From the NCBI GenBank assembly GCA_026023565.1, contig JAPETS010000070.1:1-64000 (forward strand): DNA of 64,000 bases, read 5' to 3'. The DNA is from Cirrosporium novae-zelandiae. Its lineage: Eukaryota. Both the position numbers and the translations under genes were made by a program. The notes under the pieces were generated by a model. That model was given only the letters and a program-made list of their open reading frames with translations, made no database searches and had not been told where the DNA came from. This document shows positions 38,710 to 54,780 of the stretch, piece by piece; the first letter of the stretch is position 1, and every line of letters begins with the position of its first letter.

Positions 38710-39730
38710 AGGGAAGTTTTTCTTGATTTAGCACTGTATCTTTGCAGAGCCTCCTCCGTTGATGGAGCACGTTCGTGATTCAGCTCCGGACGCTGCCGAT
38801 AGGATGGCTGCAGTAAAGGCTCTTTGGCCAGGTGAATGCGATATCATTGACGCAGAGAAAGATCAAAAGAATAATGATAACTGCTATTTAGATCCCCCAG
38901 GTCATGCATAGTTTGAAAGTTGCCTCAAATGATCCAGTCGTTGCGCTGGATGGATGTCACATTTGACTTGGCTAGGATCTACCAAAAGTCGGTTCCCGTG
39001 AGGACGCTTAAGCGAGATGCCTAGCCTGTCCCGGGCTAGCGGCCCACCCCTTTTCCTAACCGCCCGACACGCCGATTCTAAGAATAATATTAAGACCAAA
39101 ACCACCCTGGTCATGTCCAATATCAGAAATAAGGGTTGTCATATTGATATTTTGCATGCTAGAAACAAATCCCTGCTGCTAAGCTTATTGGAACCAATAA
39201 AGCATGAGTTGAACAGTACCACAATAAACTATTCCCAGTGGCTGTAAGACGTCTGACTGCCCGCCAAGCTCAATATTGCAAGGATCTGCTACGAGGATTA
39301 TTATGCCGACCCTTAGCACCAGTACCAATGTGCAAAATCCTCCACTCGGTCAGGTGTAAATTCAATCTAAGAGCTTGTTGACCACAACGGACATCAACCG
39401 TCATCTGGACGATCGTCATCTCCACTTGGATCCGGCTGTAATTTTCCGGAATATCTCCAGTATATGATCTGCATGACGGACAATTACATCTACAGGGATA
39501 GAAATACCACACGGGACCAAAAGTAGAGTATCAAAAGAGCCTTCAATTCTATGCCATTAGGGCAACAATGAGGGTATCAACATGCTAACGAAAAGCGCCG
39601 CTCGCCTGTCCTATGTCCATCCAGCGCTTGGATTAACAGTCACCGAAAAACGAAACATCCTAGGAAAATACCCTTCTTTCAATCCATCATTAAACCGAGA
39701 ATTTTAAACGATCCAACTTTTCCCAACTTC

Positions 39731-41006
39731 CTAGTAAAGGGAATAACCTCCATCGATAATGCAGTTAGCACCTGTCATGAAAGTCGAGGCATCGGATGCA
39801 AGGAAGACGGCAAGATTGTTGAGTTCATCAACACCACCAAGACGGTGCTGTGGGGTCAAGTCTTTCCAAATCTTCTTCTGGGCTTCCAAAGCAGGAACAC
39901 GGTTGAGTTCAGTGTCCATGTATCCTGGAGAGATGCAGTTGACACGAATGTTATGGTGTGCCCATTCAGCGGCTAAAGACTTGCCCATCTGGATGACAGC
40001 AGCCTTGGATGCATTGTAGCAGCTTTGTTCCTGAGGGTAATTGACGACACCTCCAGACATGGAAGCAATGAAGATCATACTTCCACCCTTGCCAGCCTTG
40101 ATCATGTGGCGGCCGACAGCTTGGGCGGAAAGAAAACAGCCGGTGACATTGATCTCAATGAGCCTGCGCCACATGTCGCTGTCATACTCTTCAGCTTTGA
40201 TGTTGGAACTACAAATCAAGGTTAGTATGCGTATAACATCCATAAAAGCAACAATCACTTACTCAGCGATTCCTGCGGAGTTCACCAAAACATCGACAGA
40301 ACCATAAGTCTCGACAATTTTATCCACGGCGGCGGTAATAGCATTCCCATCGCGTACATCGACTTGGAAATAAGAGGTGGGAACACCAGTTGCTTCGTGG
40401 ATTTCGGCAACCGCCTCGGCACCAACGTCGGGAAGAATATCCATGATTGCAATAGCTTTGACACCAACCTCAGAAAGAGCTTGGGCCATATTGTACCCTA
40501 ATCCGCGAGCAGCACCAGTAAGAACAGCAACCTTGCCCTGCAGAGTGAACCTCTGCATGGTAGGAGGAAGTTGCCTCAATACTTCTTGGGTGAGCCCAAA
40601 TGATGGCTGTTTAGCGGGAGCAGCAGAAGTAGCCTTCTCCAAAGCCTCTGCGAGGACGGCATCATTGATGAAGAGGGTCGACTTCTTGGGCTCGACCACT
40701 ACTTCACCATTTTTAATAATCTCCTGTCCATTATAAGTAATAACGGGGATTTCTTTGGACGAGACATTAAGTGGTCCACCCTGTTCACGGCGTTTCAAGT
40801 GTTCAAGAAGTTCTTCACGACTAACTTCCTTGGAATTTACTGAAGGCTGTTCACTTATTAGCTTGGAGAACCTTCGAATGAGATTCGAAATAACTTACAG
40901 TCGTGACGAGAGACCTTACAGGTTGAGCACCTGTGTTGGGCTTGGTGATGTTTGCGGCCTGACGAGGTACAGCGCGGATTGCGCGACGAGCGGAACCTGC
41001 GAGCAT
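39731..41006 (-). CDS. Short-chain dehydrogenase, D-arabinitol 2-dehydrogenase-like, with mitochondrial-type leader
   Basis: TGAARGLG, NSAGI, ASMSG..VNYPQEQSCYNASKA, IRVNCISPGYMDT; N-terminus MLAGSARRAIRAVPRQ; two introns. Confidence 0.9.
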
Positions 41007-42342
41007 TTTCGATGAATGTGTTTCGTAGAGGTTATAAGATCGAGAAGAGCAAGGGATTGTGATAGATGGGAACGTTGTTCGAAGCTGAAGGTGGATGGTT
41101 GGGAGGATAGAAAAGTGAAAGGTCGAGAGGAAAGTGAGTTGATTTAAATAATTATTGTGCGAGGGGACACTTGAGCAGTGAATGCAGAGCTCGGGTCAGG
41201 GTCTCGGGCGGTGAGAAGCAGAGAGGAGGCAAATGCCGCTTTCTAGAGAAGTTCTATGGTGTTGAAGGATTTCCAGGATTTTCTGAAACCCAAGTCCAAA
41301 AAATTACCGTGTCGATCCCAGAAAGGTATCAAGTGTCTGCAACGGATATGCAATGAAAGGAAACGGCCGATTATGGAATAGTATTAAGGGAGGAAGCTGT
41401 GGTGTATGGATCTCTATTCGGGGTAGTTGTCGATTCGAAGCTGTGGATGCCGACGCCGGTCTATGCTTTTATATGGTCGCTAGAGGCAAGAATGGAATAA
41501 TGCAAGGAACAATGGATCTGCTAAAATAAAAAACTGGGAACAACAACGCAAGAGGCAGACAATCTATTCTGGATTCTGTTAAGAGGCCGAACACGATACA
41601 GGTCAGATGAACAATCAGGCTCAGAACGAGCAGGCCACGTTCTTATGAAGACTACCGGAGAGACGCTGAGACCAGGTAAGGTCAGGGAAAGTCAGAGAAA
41701 GTCAGGTACAGTATACCGTGCATCAGAGAGTTAGAGTCAGAGTCAGAAAGTCAGAGAGCGGATCCGAGGAAGCTCCAGATTGCAAACTCTGCAGCTAGGT
41801 TTGTGAAGATCTAAGTTTTGGGGGGATCCATATTTGTGAGAATCTAGGGCATCAAGGGAGCGTTTACTGTGCAGATAGATGGATAACTTAGACTAGCTAG
41901 TAGAACCTTAGGTGGAGATGCTAAATATGTCGGTCTTTGACAAAAGTATTAATGATTGACACTTTTGAATTCAGTTACTCGAGGTGTGTGTGTGTGTGAG
42001 TGTGAGTGTGAGTGGAACGAGTCAAAAAATTGGATAACAAAAGCTTACAGAGGTTGATAGGTTTCCAGGGACCAAGATGGTTGGCGGTGAGTTCGCGGGC
42101 AAAAAAGATTAGCGACGCGACGATAAGCAACAAGGCTCATTTAGCGAGAAAAAAAGGCCAGCAGTTTGGAACGTCTAGAAACAAAAGATAGACAGGGGGA
42201 CAAGTTAGGGACAGTGTTAAAGTGAATTAACGAATTAACGAATTCATGGATGAACAAAAAAATAATAATCATGCGCCATTTTTCGGGATTTGAAAGTTTG
42301 ATACACCCACACATTAATTAACTAAACAATTAGCCTTTTTAC

Positions 42343-42386
42343 CTTCCCACACTTCCCACACTTCCCACACTTCCCACACTTCCCAC
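42343..42386 (+). repeat. (TTCCCACAC)~5 tandem repeat
   Basis: Direct reading. Confidence 0.85.
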
Positions 42387-45300
42387 AGCGTTGGAAGGTT
42401 AGAATGCTGCGAGATTGCTGTCAGTGCGCCACTAAGGGATGGTGGAAGGCTAGGCGCAGTCAAATGATTTGATCGGAAATAGTAGATAAAGTGGATAAGA
42501 TGGAAAAGATGGAACAAGCTGGAGGGAAAAGAAAAGAGGTGGAGGGTGGATGGTGGAGGACCTGGAGGCCCTAGAGGCCCTGGACAACGATGGCTCCGGG
42601 ATGCTGCCTTAAACCTTTGCTTGATCCTGCCTAATCCTGCTTAATCCTGCTTAATTCTGCTTAATTCTGATTAATTCTTCTTTAATCTGGCTTTCTATTT
42701 TTCGATTTTTTCTCAACACCTACTTAATTAGTATCTATATTGTACATGTGGCTGAGTTGTTTTGCTTCTGCAATGCTTCCAGAAGCCCGACCTCCCCCGT
42801 TAGTCTCACCTGAGCATCCCCCCCCCCCCCCGCTAAACATGGGCGGCTGTGTGATGACCATCACATTGTACAACCAGCCGACATGGATGAATCCAGGAAC
42901 TGAACTGTACTGTACTTTCATGAATCCTGCAGATCAGATCAGACTCTCAGAGATATTCATTTCTTCACACGCTGACAGGCGTCCCAGGAGGTACTTTTCA
43001 CCACCATTCGTACAAATGCACTGTTTGGGTATTTTTGTGGGCCTTGTTGTCTTTAGCATTGACTTTGCACAATTGACCTGGCCGAAGTTTCTCCAGTCGG
43101 ACAAAACAATAATCATCATCAATTCCCCTGTTATCAAGCCATCAGTGCGTGAGACTGGCGGTGAAATGTCTAAAATGGTAGCCAGGGACAGCCAGAAACT
43201 CTCAAATTCTTTATCCTCCTTTTTTGTGATTAACAACTATATAGGAGATGTGGCAGTGCAGTGAGGGCGTTGGACAGAGTTTTGCCATGGTAGCACGTGT
43301 AACTTGGATACTAAAGGTTGTGTGTATTAAGGAATTTAGACATTTGGGTCTTGGGCATTGAGCATTGGGTTGATGTGGTGGTTGTGCAGCGAGGGGTATT
43401 TTGGCTTTGGAAAGGAAAAGCATACAGTAAGAGCATAAATGGGCGGGTGATGAATTAGTGAATTCATAGCCGCCAAAAATCTAAAAACCGGGGCACTGGA
43501 AAAGCCGAACAGGAAAGCCGCCAAACCAAAAATCTTTCCGGTATCCCCGACTCCCGTCTGGTCCTGCACCAAACCAAGTCCATCTTGATATTTTTGTAAG
43601 AAAATAACAAACATCGAGATCTATCAGGAGATTGACACTCTACTTCATGGTCATCCATCAATCTGCTTTTTTTTGTTGTTGTTTTTTTCCGAGTCACCGC
43701 CAGTAGCTATCGAGTCCTTTTCGTATCTCAAAAATTGAGAATACTGATTTTACCTTTGAGACATGGCGTTTTGGAGCTGCGTGTCTTGGTACTTGAAGAT
43801 GGTAGGGGTATAATACAATTGTACCAAGTATAGTAAAGTATACTTAACATACCTTAGATACTTAACTTACCTGTCATTTGGGGTAAAGCTACCTCAGAGA
43901 GGTGACTCGACAATTTCGGAATGGCCGTCGTCATCCTCCGCTTGTCGCACAGGCCAAAGGGATAACTTAAACCATGACGATCCCAAATTAGAAGCCCCCC
44001 CCCGTGCCCCCAACAAAGACCCCAAGAGCCCCCAAGAGCCCCCAAGAGCCCCAGATCCAACTTTCACTCGCTCCCCGTGCCCCCCTCACCACCATTGCCA
44101 ATAATCAATTATCCATTCATATCAACAATAAATTCAAAAATCTATAGAACCCTACCAGGAACAACCAGGTAAACCATATTGACTAGCACTTGGCAAAACC
44201 AACCTAAATAGTTGATTATTCCAAATACATGTTGACGCCACAAGCAATCTCCCAGGTCACCCCCCTTTCCCCGTAAGGCTGTTCTATCTTACAGTATCCA
44301 ACGTCATCCCGTGAATTCAATCAGATCTTATTTCTTCAATAATATCCAACAACTATTATGGTTCTATATGAGTAACTGAGGCTGAGGCTGAGTCTTGAGA
44401 ACATGTTCAGAGACATCAATCAGCAACTCCACAGATGATCGATACCAAGGACCCTAAAAGTCGATTTCAATTTCGGGAGGTGACACAAGATCGGTCCCGT
44501 GATCGTGCACCTCCCTCCCCCTGGCACCGCACTCCCTTTTGACTAACTACAATACGCTTGGATACAATCACCAGCTCTTTGCCCTTTACCCTTTGCCCCC
44601 TAACCAACTAATGAACTAATTAGCAATTACTCTACCTGACTTGAGTCTCAAGATCTTTCCTCTCCACTAAAACACATCTGACCTCTGACCTCCATTCTTC
44701 CATTAACCTCATCGGGTTTTCCGTTGTCCTGTGTATATTTCATCTCCCAAAAAACCTAATATTCATCACTCACCTACCGTTCCACACACCCAGGGTACCT
44801 TGGACATACATGAGCAAGCACCAAACACCAAGTCAAGAACTACCACCAAACTCAAGAAATCCAAAACTCCTCTCCGCTCCCGAAGGGCAGATCCCGGAAG
44901 CCACCATGCCCCACGGTGCCTGCCGAAAGCCGTGGGGTTGGTTATACCTAGCCTTAACCGGGCGGAGAGTGGGGTCCAAGAAGAAGAAAAAAGAAGCCTT
45001 TTAGAACAAATGAACAGAAACGCGCCGCCTATTTTTTTTTCTTTTTTCCGTGGCTTGCGGATCCACTGGTTGATAGTAAACTATCTATGTATAGGGTTAT
45101 TTACTGTCTACAGTAACTTAGTAGTAGCGTGAAAGGGTTCAAAGGTTCGGAGGCCGGAAAGCGAACCTTTCCAGGGGTTAGCTTCTTTCTTTTTTTTTAC
45201 TTCTGTGCTACTTTTCGTACCACTTGTTTGTTTCGCCTTGGCTTTTCTTCATTCTGATATAAACGATATATGTTGGTGTTGGTGTGAACTATGATAATAT

Positions 45301-46127
45301 CGGGGTCGGTCATCAGGAACGAAAGACTCGTGGCTACAGTAGAAGTATAACGATATCGTTGGTGTATCGAGGCCTTTGAAACCATCAGTCCTATTGTTGA
45401 TACACTCCAACACCACAAAATATCTAGACGCTATCGAATAACTTGGCCTGAGCACGACACTACACTACAATTTGTGGGGGTGGTAGAGGGATTCCACCAT
45501 TATTATCTCTTCATTCCATTAACAGGAGAAGGAATCACATTCCAATTAAACACCTCAACACCACCTTACTACTATAGCTTTAGTAGTCATTCCACTCGCT
45601 TTACACCTACTCTTAGTAGCCTGTCTTGCCCAAACATGCTCACTTACGAAGAACAACAACAACAACACTTTGCAATACTCGCCTACACTTCCTCCCCCCA
45701 CTCTCATTCTAAAACTTGGACTCAACAACAAGAAATGACATTCACGCCACCCTACTGTTTACTAAATACACCACCACTCCAAATTCATCTTGAAGTCCTG
45801 GCTATTATCACCACCATCCAACATCGCTTATTACCCACGACATATCACGCTCACCATGGGTATTGATTCCAGCCTAAACCACTTCGAATAACACCTTCCA
45901 AAATGATGAAGAGGAGCAAGCAAAGAAATTTTTTCACTCACCACAGCACATGCGCGTTTTCTTGCTCCCTCGCTCCCTCCTTTCCCCTCTCTCTTTTTTT
46001 CTTTCTCGGGAGAATACTTTTTGATTCCATCATACACGTCCAACACCTCACTCCCCTTGCAAGCCCAGCTAACTAACAAACTAACCATCTCCCCATATTC
46101 CTATACTCACACATCTTCTCCCCCTTG

Positions 46128-46545
46128 CAAGCAAGCCATCCAGCTTCTCTATCAATATCCAACAAGCAAGCCGTCCAGCTTCTCCACGACATCCAACAAG
46201 TAAACCAACCGAACAAAAATATATAACCACAAAAGCCATCCAGCTTCTCCGTTTGCATTCAACAAGCAAACCATCTAGTTTCTCTACCCACATCCAATAA
46301 GCAAACTATCCAGTTTCTACATCTATATCCAACAAGCAAGCCATCCAGCTTCTCTATCTATATCCAATACATAAGCTATCCAGTTTCTTCTATTTATACC
46401 TAATAAATAAACTATCTAGCTTTTATATCTATATCTAATAAGTAAATCATTTAGCTTTTCCATTACTATCCAACAAGCAAGCCACTCCAGCTTCTCCATC
46501 CGAATCCAGCAAAGGAAACGAACCGAACAGAAATATATAACCAGA
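46128..46545 (+). repeat. ~35-bp minisatellite, about 10 copies plus 2 variant units
   Basis: Consensus CAAGCAAGCCATCCAGCTTCTCTATCTATATCCAA; variant unit containing AACCGAACARAAATATATAACCA occurs twice. Confidence 0.9.
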
Positions 46546-48828
46546 AATCCAAAAAGAAATCACACAAATATTCAAACCTACCTACACCTTTACTTATCAT
46601 ATAATCCCCATCAACAACCAAGCCAGGCTTAGAGCAGCCATCTCTACTCTATCCCATCCCATACAGTAATAACAGTACTGTACAGACGTATAAACATATA
46701 TATATAATATAATCCCGACAAAAGGCACAAAAAGGAAAAAAAGAAAATCCATATATATATCTATATCATCACGAACTCAGGCTCTATATCGGGGGGGGAA
46801 CAATTGTTTATTAAAGACTTGATTTGTTAGCTATAATCTCCCCCCGTTAAGGATAGGGAGAGGGAGGGAGAGAGGGATGAACACATACCCACACACAGAA
46901 AGAGAGAAGAGAGAATCCAATCCAATCCAAACCCCACACCTTTACTTATTATACTCTGTTTATTATACTATCTCCATCTACACCAACAACCAAACTAACC
47001 TTGGAGTAACTACCCTCCCATCCCTTCTATTCACCTCCACTCACCTCCATTTCGCCCCATCCTATCCCATCCCATTTCACTCCCCTCGATCCTATATCCC
47101 ACATCTCTACACAGTAATATCAGTATATGTATATATACGATCACAATTGTAATTATAAAAAAAAAGGCCTGGTTAGCTAGCTATAACCTCTTTTTTAAAA
47201 AAAAGATAGAGAGGGTAAGAGAGAGGGAGAGAGAGATAAACATATGCATATGTACATAGACACACAGGATCCAACCACCTTTATACTCGCCTCAATCCTA
47301 TATCTTGCATCCTATATATTTACTACAACCCACATCTCACACAGTAATATCAATCTATATACATACATACAGTACATATTTATCCATATACATATATATA
47401 TACACACCCTCAACCCTCAACCCTCAAGCCCTTAGGCCTCAGACCAAATCTATACAGGTATACAAGCGTACAGGTATATATACAAAGTGCACATTATAAG
47501 AGAGAAAAAAAAGGAAATAAAAATAAAATAATCGTTTCATGAAAGGATTTGAAGATAGAGAATGAAAGAAAGAGAAAAGGGGAAAAAAATGAGAGAAAGA
47601 GAAGCTAACATAGATAGGCACAGGTGTGGCACTTGTCATATTTTTTTTCCTCTTCTTTCCTTTTTCTTACTTTTTATTTCTCACTTCTTATTTCTCATTT
47701 TTTATTTTCCACTTCGCACACTAATTTTCAACTCTAACAATGTAAATATAATAAACACAGCTTATAGCCCATAAGGAATATAAAGAAACATAAAGAACAA
47801 TCTCTCTCTCTTTTTCTTTCTCTATGTGTAGTGTGTGTATATATGTGTGTGTTATAAGATAAGTAAGGCAAGGCAAGACAAGACAAGACAAGACAAGGTA
47901 ATCCTTCCTTTTTTCACTTTCACTTTTGTACATGTACATTAACTCTAACTCTAACGACATGTATCTATATCCTCCCATTACGCCCAAAACCAAAACCAAA
48001 CCCAAATATAAAACACAGCTCTATAACCTATCACCTATAACCAATATCTTAATCCTAATCCTAATTTTTTATTTTTTTTATTTCTCCATCTCTCTCCCTC
48101 TCTCTCTCCCTCAAGCCAACAGGGCCGGCCCCCACTTCTTTACACCCAAACTAACTTATTAACTCACTAACTAACCCCCGAAGGACGTGAGATATTATAA
48201 ATATAGATATAAATATAGATATATATCTTACCTACTTACCTACTTACCCAGCTATTTCTTTTCTTTTTCTTTTTCTCCTTTTCTTTTCTTTTCCTTTTTC
48301 TTTTCTTCTAATCCCCCTCAACCCAACTACATCCATAATAAAAACAATACTCCATCACACTTTCTCTCCATATCAATTAATTCTTATATCCCCCCTAGTA
48401 TATATTCTATTCTGCTATATCCAAAAAAAAAACCATCCCCTCCCTCTTTTTTTATTTTTTTTTTTATATATATATATATTTTCTCTCTCTCTCTTTCTCT
48501 CTCTCTAAAGATTCCAAACCTCCCCAGCTAGCCATTTATTTATTTATTTTTTTTCCCCCGTCTGGTTTATGTATGTATGTATATATGTATATATGTATAT
48601 ATGAGATCATTTTTAGTTTCATGATGATTATTATGATTATGATTATGATTATTTGTTGATAGGTGGTTTTGTAAGGTATGTATATATTTACTAAAAGATG
48701 GAAAGGGTAGTCTATACCAACCCTTCCAACACGGACCCTTTTCCCCCCTCAAACCTCTAATAAACCAAACCCATCGATTCACCATCCACCATCCTTATAT
48801 CTCATATTCTCCTCCTTCATTATCAACC

Positions 48829-48829
48829 C

Positions 48830-48894
<65 letters not shown>
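48829..48894 (+). repeat. (CAA)22 intergenic microsatellite
   Basis: Pure CAA run. Confidence 0.95.
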
Positions 48895-48895
<1 letters not shown>

Positions 48896-49110
48896 AACTC
48901 TTGCCTCCCTCCTTTTCCCATTTTCTAATAATAATAACAAAATTGTTACAAAGTGTACAAGTGTACAAAGCGTAACTAAGGTTATATATCTATATATATA
49001 TTAATTATTTCTAACGTGTAGGTGGTTTTTTTGGACTTTTGGGTTTTGGGCTTAGGTAGGGTAGGTAGGGTAGGTAGGTAAGGTAGGTAAGGAGGAGGGG
49101 GGGGGGATTT

Positions 49111-49143
<33 letters not shown>

Positions 49144-49951
49144 ATAATATAAATATAAATATAACTATACCCCTCCACCCATGCTTGATACCGAATACCG
49201 AAATACCGGATAAAAACAACGACCTCAAAGCTACAGCTACAGCTACAGCTATGGCTATGGTTATGACTATAAGTATCAATATTCAAATCCCAAAAAAACG
49301 ACCGTACTGATAAAAGGGTTTACATGCACATGTAGACTATAGTACAGTACAGTAACCCCTCCTCCTCTTATCCTCTCATACCAAGTACTTGCATTCCAAT
49401 CAATTTGAAATTACTAAACAAAGAGGAAAGAAAATAATAACTCCCCCCTTCCCATTCTCCCATTCCCTCCCCTTCCCCCATACTCCTAAAATTTTCCCAA
49501 AAACAAGAGAAGAGAAGGAAAAAAAAACTCCATCGCTAAAGTCCTAAAAATGAAAACTCCTGGATGCTTTGGGCAGACAATAAAATAAAAAGCACAACGA
49601 CCGTGATAAGGAAGAAAGGAAAGAAAGGAAGAAAGATAGGGTATGCATGTGTATGCTGTGTGCGTGTTTTGAAGCCCCCCGCTGTTGTCCCCCGTTCCCC
49701 CCCCCCCATTCCCCCATCCTCGTCTCATGCCAAGGAGTATACTGTAAATAGCTCGTTCCGTTCGAGCCATGTTACCAGGGTGCATCCTTTCTCTTTCTCT
49801 TTTCTTTCTTTTCCTTCTCTTTTTCCTTTTAGAGTCTTCTATGATGTCATCTTTACCGTCCAGTTATCTATCCATTGGAATAAGAGAGAGAGATATCCTT
49901 GTTTCCCATGCATGCACCTAGAATGGCGCACAACCGCTCAATATGATCGCT

Positions 49952-51425
49952 TTACTTGGCTTCAACGTAATTGCTACATGCCATAGCGATTAGCATTCTA
50001 GTTTCTCCAACAATCAAGGCAGGTTGCGAAACTTACCTCGGGAATATTCCCTCCCGATCTCCAATCCTTCCCGTCCACCAATCCGTGCTCTTTTCCGTTC
50101 TCTTAATTATCTGAATCACGTCACCCTTCTTGAACCCCAGATCGCCGGGCTGGTCAGCCTGAAATGTGAACAGAGCCACAGCTTGATCTTTCCCCGTCGC
50201 TTGCGGCTTTGCTACAAATTTTGGCTTGGGGGCTGTCGGTCGTGACGGCCTGCGATCGGTATATACGTAGTCATCACTCACAAGGGTGGCTGATCCCTCG
50301 GTGGTTGAGCGCGTCCGCTGGCCAAGTGTGTCAAAGGTCTCCGAGGGGTTAGCGCGTGTGGTGAAAGAACGAGTTGGGGGATTGTGGTTGAAGCCGCGGT
50401 CGTAGACATCATCTTGCCACGTACTGGCTCGTTGAGGGCGATCATGGTATTCATACTCGTCGTTATGGGTAGAATTCAGTGATGCCCCACGATCACGCCG
50501 CTGTCCTGCTCCATACGCATCTCCTGTACGGCCTTCCCAAACCACATCATCATGCCGATCGTCGTAGATGGGGATGTCATTGTACATACTATCGTCTGGA
50601 TTGTGCCCAGCAGCAAAGACTCGGGAATTTAGGACTCGCATTAAGGGATCCGCATCCGGAGGGGCCCGCATTGAGCCTTCGAGGAGCTGGCGCGCAGTCA
50701 CACGGGTGCCATACAGTTTCTGGTTTGCATCTCTCCTTTCCACAATGGCACTGCCTTCAAGACTCACACCTGCAAACAAGCCCTTTGTCTTGGAATATGA
50801 GAATATCCCCGCCACACCTTTCAGACTCGCTGCCCCGGCGGCTTCGGCGTTCCGTCCAATTGGTCCTGCAGCAATAGATACGTTTCCACCTAGCGTAATG
50901 GATCCAGCTTGCGAGAATGTACGCACGGCAGCAGCATCATTGAGGATGAAGACAAAATCTGTGACTTCGAAGCCGATCTGGCCACCAAAGCCTGCGCCGG
51001 CGGTAGCAATCGCGGAAGGTGCGGACCAAGAGCCACCAGACAGACGTGCAATCACGACGCCAGATCCAAAGCGACCTGAGCCGAGAAAGCCAGCTTTAAG
51101 AACAGTAATGACCGCGAGGCCCTGGGGAAAGATGGCGACGTTAGGGATCGGATTGGGTCGCGAGATTATGGTACAAGACAACACACCTTTGCGTTTGCTA
51201 GAATTACTGGTGGGATGATTTTGTCGGGTCCGAACGCCTGTCGAGGGTCGACGAAGGAAGCAAGGATCTTGCCAGCCTTTCTACACTCGCCTTGGGGGGG
51301 GGAGTCGAATATTAGCTCAGAAATGGCCATACACAAAATTGAATTTGGTTATCAAGATGATTATAACATGTGACAAACTCACTCTTCATCGAAGAGGGCA
51401 ACGGGTTGTTAATTCCGAACGGCAT
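49952..51425 (-). CDS. YSC84: Ysc84/Lsb3-family SYLF + SH3 domain protein
   Basis: MPFGINNPLPSSM, KAGFLGSGRFGSG, GGQIGFEVTDFVFILN, KTKGLFAGVSLEGS; SH3 ALFTFQADQPGDLGFKKGD...WWTG...GIFPSNYV. Confidence 0.95.
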
Positions 51426-52106
51426 TTTGGAGGGAGAGTATATTAAGGGTCCGATCCGGTATCCTCGGGATGTGGGTTTGGAGAGGAAAGCCGTCCAAAG
51501 CTCTCTCAGCTAGATAGTAGAAATGGAGGGAGGACAAGTAAGAGGGTATTTTAGGTGAAGCGGATAGTTAAAAAGGAGTTTAGGGAAATATAAAAGGAAA
51601 AATAAGAAAGATGTTTTTGGCGGGGTATGTTTATCGACAGGAGACTAGTATATAGGTTATAGACTTTGCAGGCAGTCGCAAACTCAAGATCAGACGAACG
51701 TGGCGGTGCGAAGAAGCTGACAGCGATGTTGATTATTGAGTTCTTGTCAGGGATCTTTCCGGTGACGTAGGTCTTAAAACTGCAATTGGACTGATGACAA
51801 GATGACAAGATGACAAGATGACAAGTGACAAGATGACAGCAAGCGGAAGAACCACAGCATGGTCGGTCAATTATTTATCCGAAGAGATGGCTATTGAAAG
51901 CACGTGCCAGGCTATTGAATTGACTATTGGACTAGTCTACTTAGGTCCAGACACCCCAGGCACTCCAGGCACTCCAGGCACTCCAGGCACTCCAGTCCGT
52001 CGCGACACCTAATTTAATTATCTACATCTAGTAGTCTATCTAATTAATTAATTACCTGCAAACAACACTCTCTCTTTACCACCCACCCCCATATATATCT
52101 ATAACC

Positions 52107-52543
52107 ATGTCAGAAGCATATGAACGAGAAAGGTGCGACAAATATTCATCACATTTCTCACATTTCTCACATCTCTTTATTCTCATATCTATCGCTAATA
52201 CTCACTCACACCCACATAGGCAAAACAATTCCCGCCTTGATGAACTAGCATCCAAGGTCTCTGCCCTCAGAGGCGTCACCGTTGACATCTATGACAATGC
52301 GCGAAATCAAGAAGTTCTGGATAACACAGTGCGTCGCCATCTACCTACCACATCCACCATCCGTCCTTTTCTAACCCTCCCCAGAATGAAGTCTTCTCCA
52401 ATCTTGGTACCTCCATCCGAGGTAGTGCTGGTCGCCTGGGTCGTATGGCCCGACAAGGAAATAGCGTTGCCATCCTGAAGCTCGCCGCTATCATCGTCGG
52501 CGTCGTCATGGTCCTCTACTACACGCTGGGCTACTTTTTCTAA
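52107..52543 (+). CDS. BET1: Qc-SNARE of the Bet1/Sft1 type
   Basis: MSEAYERERQNNSRLDELASKVSALRGVTVDIYDNA, C-terminal TM ILKLAAIIVGVVMVLYYTLGYFF; two introns. Confidence 0.85.
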
Positions 52544-52863
52544 ACCTCGCTTCTCATTTCCTGCGAATATTCGTCATCCTCCACGAGGGGACCTGGAAGG
52601 AGTCTTGATCAACATATGGGTTTGCATTGGTTCGGAGTTCAGCTAGGCATCCTGGCGTGGAGGACTGGGCACATTGAGTCATGTCACTACGGCGCTGCTG
52701 TCTTTAGAAGTTTCAATACCATTTGATTGTGTATGCAACGCTCACTACATGCCTCCTCATTATTGTCGTCCATTGCCTATATCCAAAACTTCGCCCAGAG
52801 CTAATTGATTGAGAGCAGATACTGCACAGCTATTTCCATTTCATTCTTACACATTCTAGAGCA

Positions 52864-54780
<1,917 letters not shown>

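Noticed and set aside
42740..43264. 174-aa ORF in the gene-free gap
   Set aside because: No recognisable domain, non-ATG called start, includes a poly-C run; likely chance
46128..46545. CRISPR-like appearance of the periodic repeat
   Set aside because: Units are contiguous with no unique spacers, the context is eukaryotic and there are no cas genes
46877..49986. Many short ORFs in the ORF track
   Set aside because: They are translations of microsatellite and homopolymer sequence
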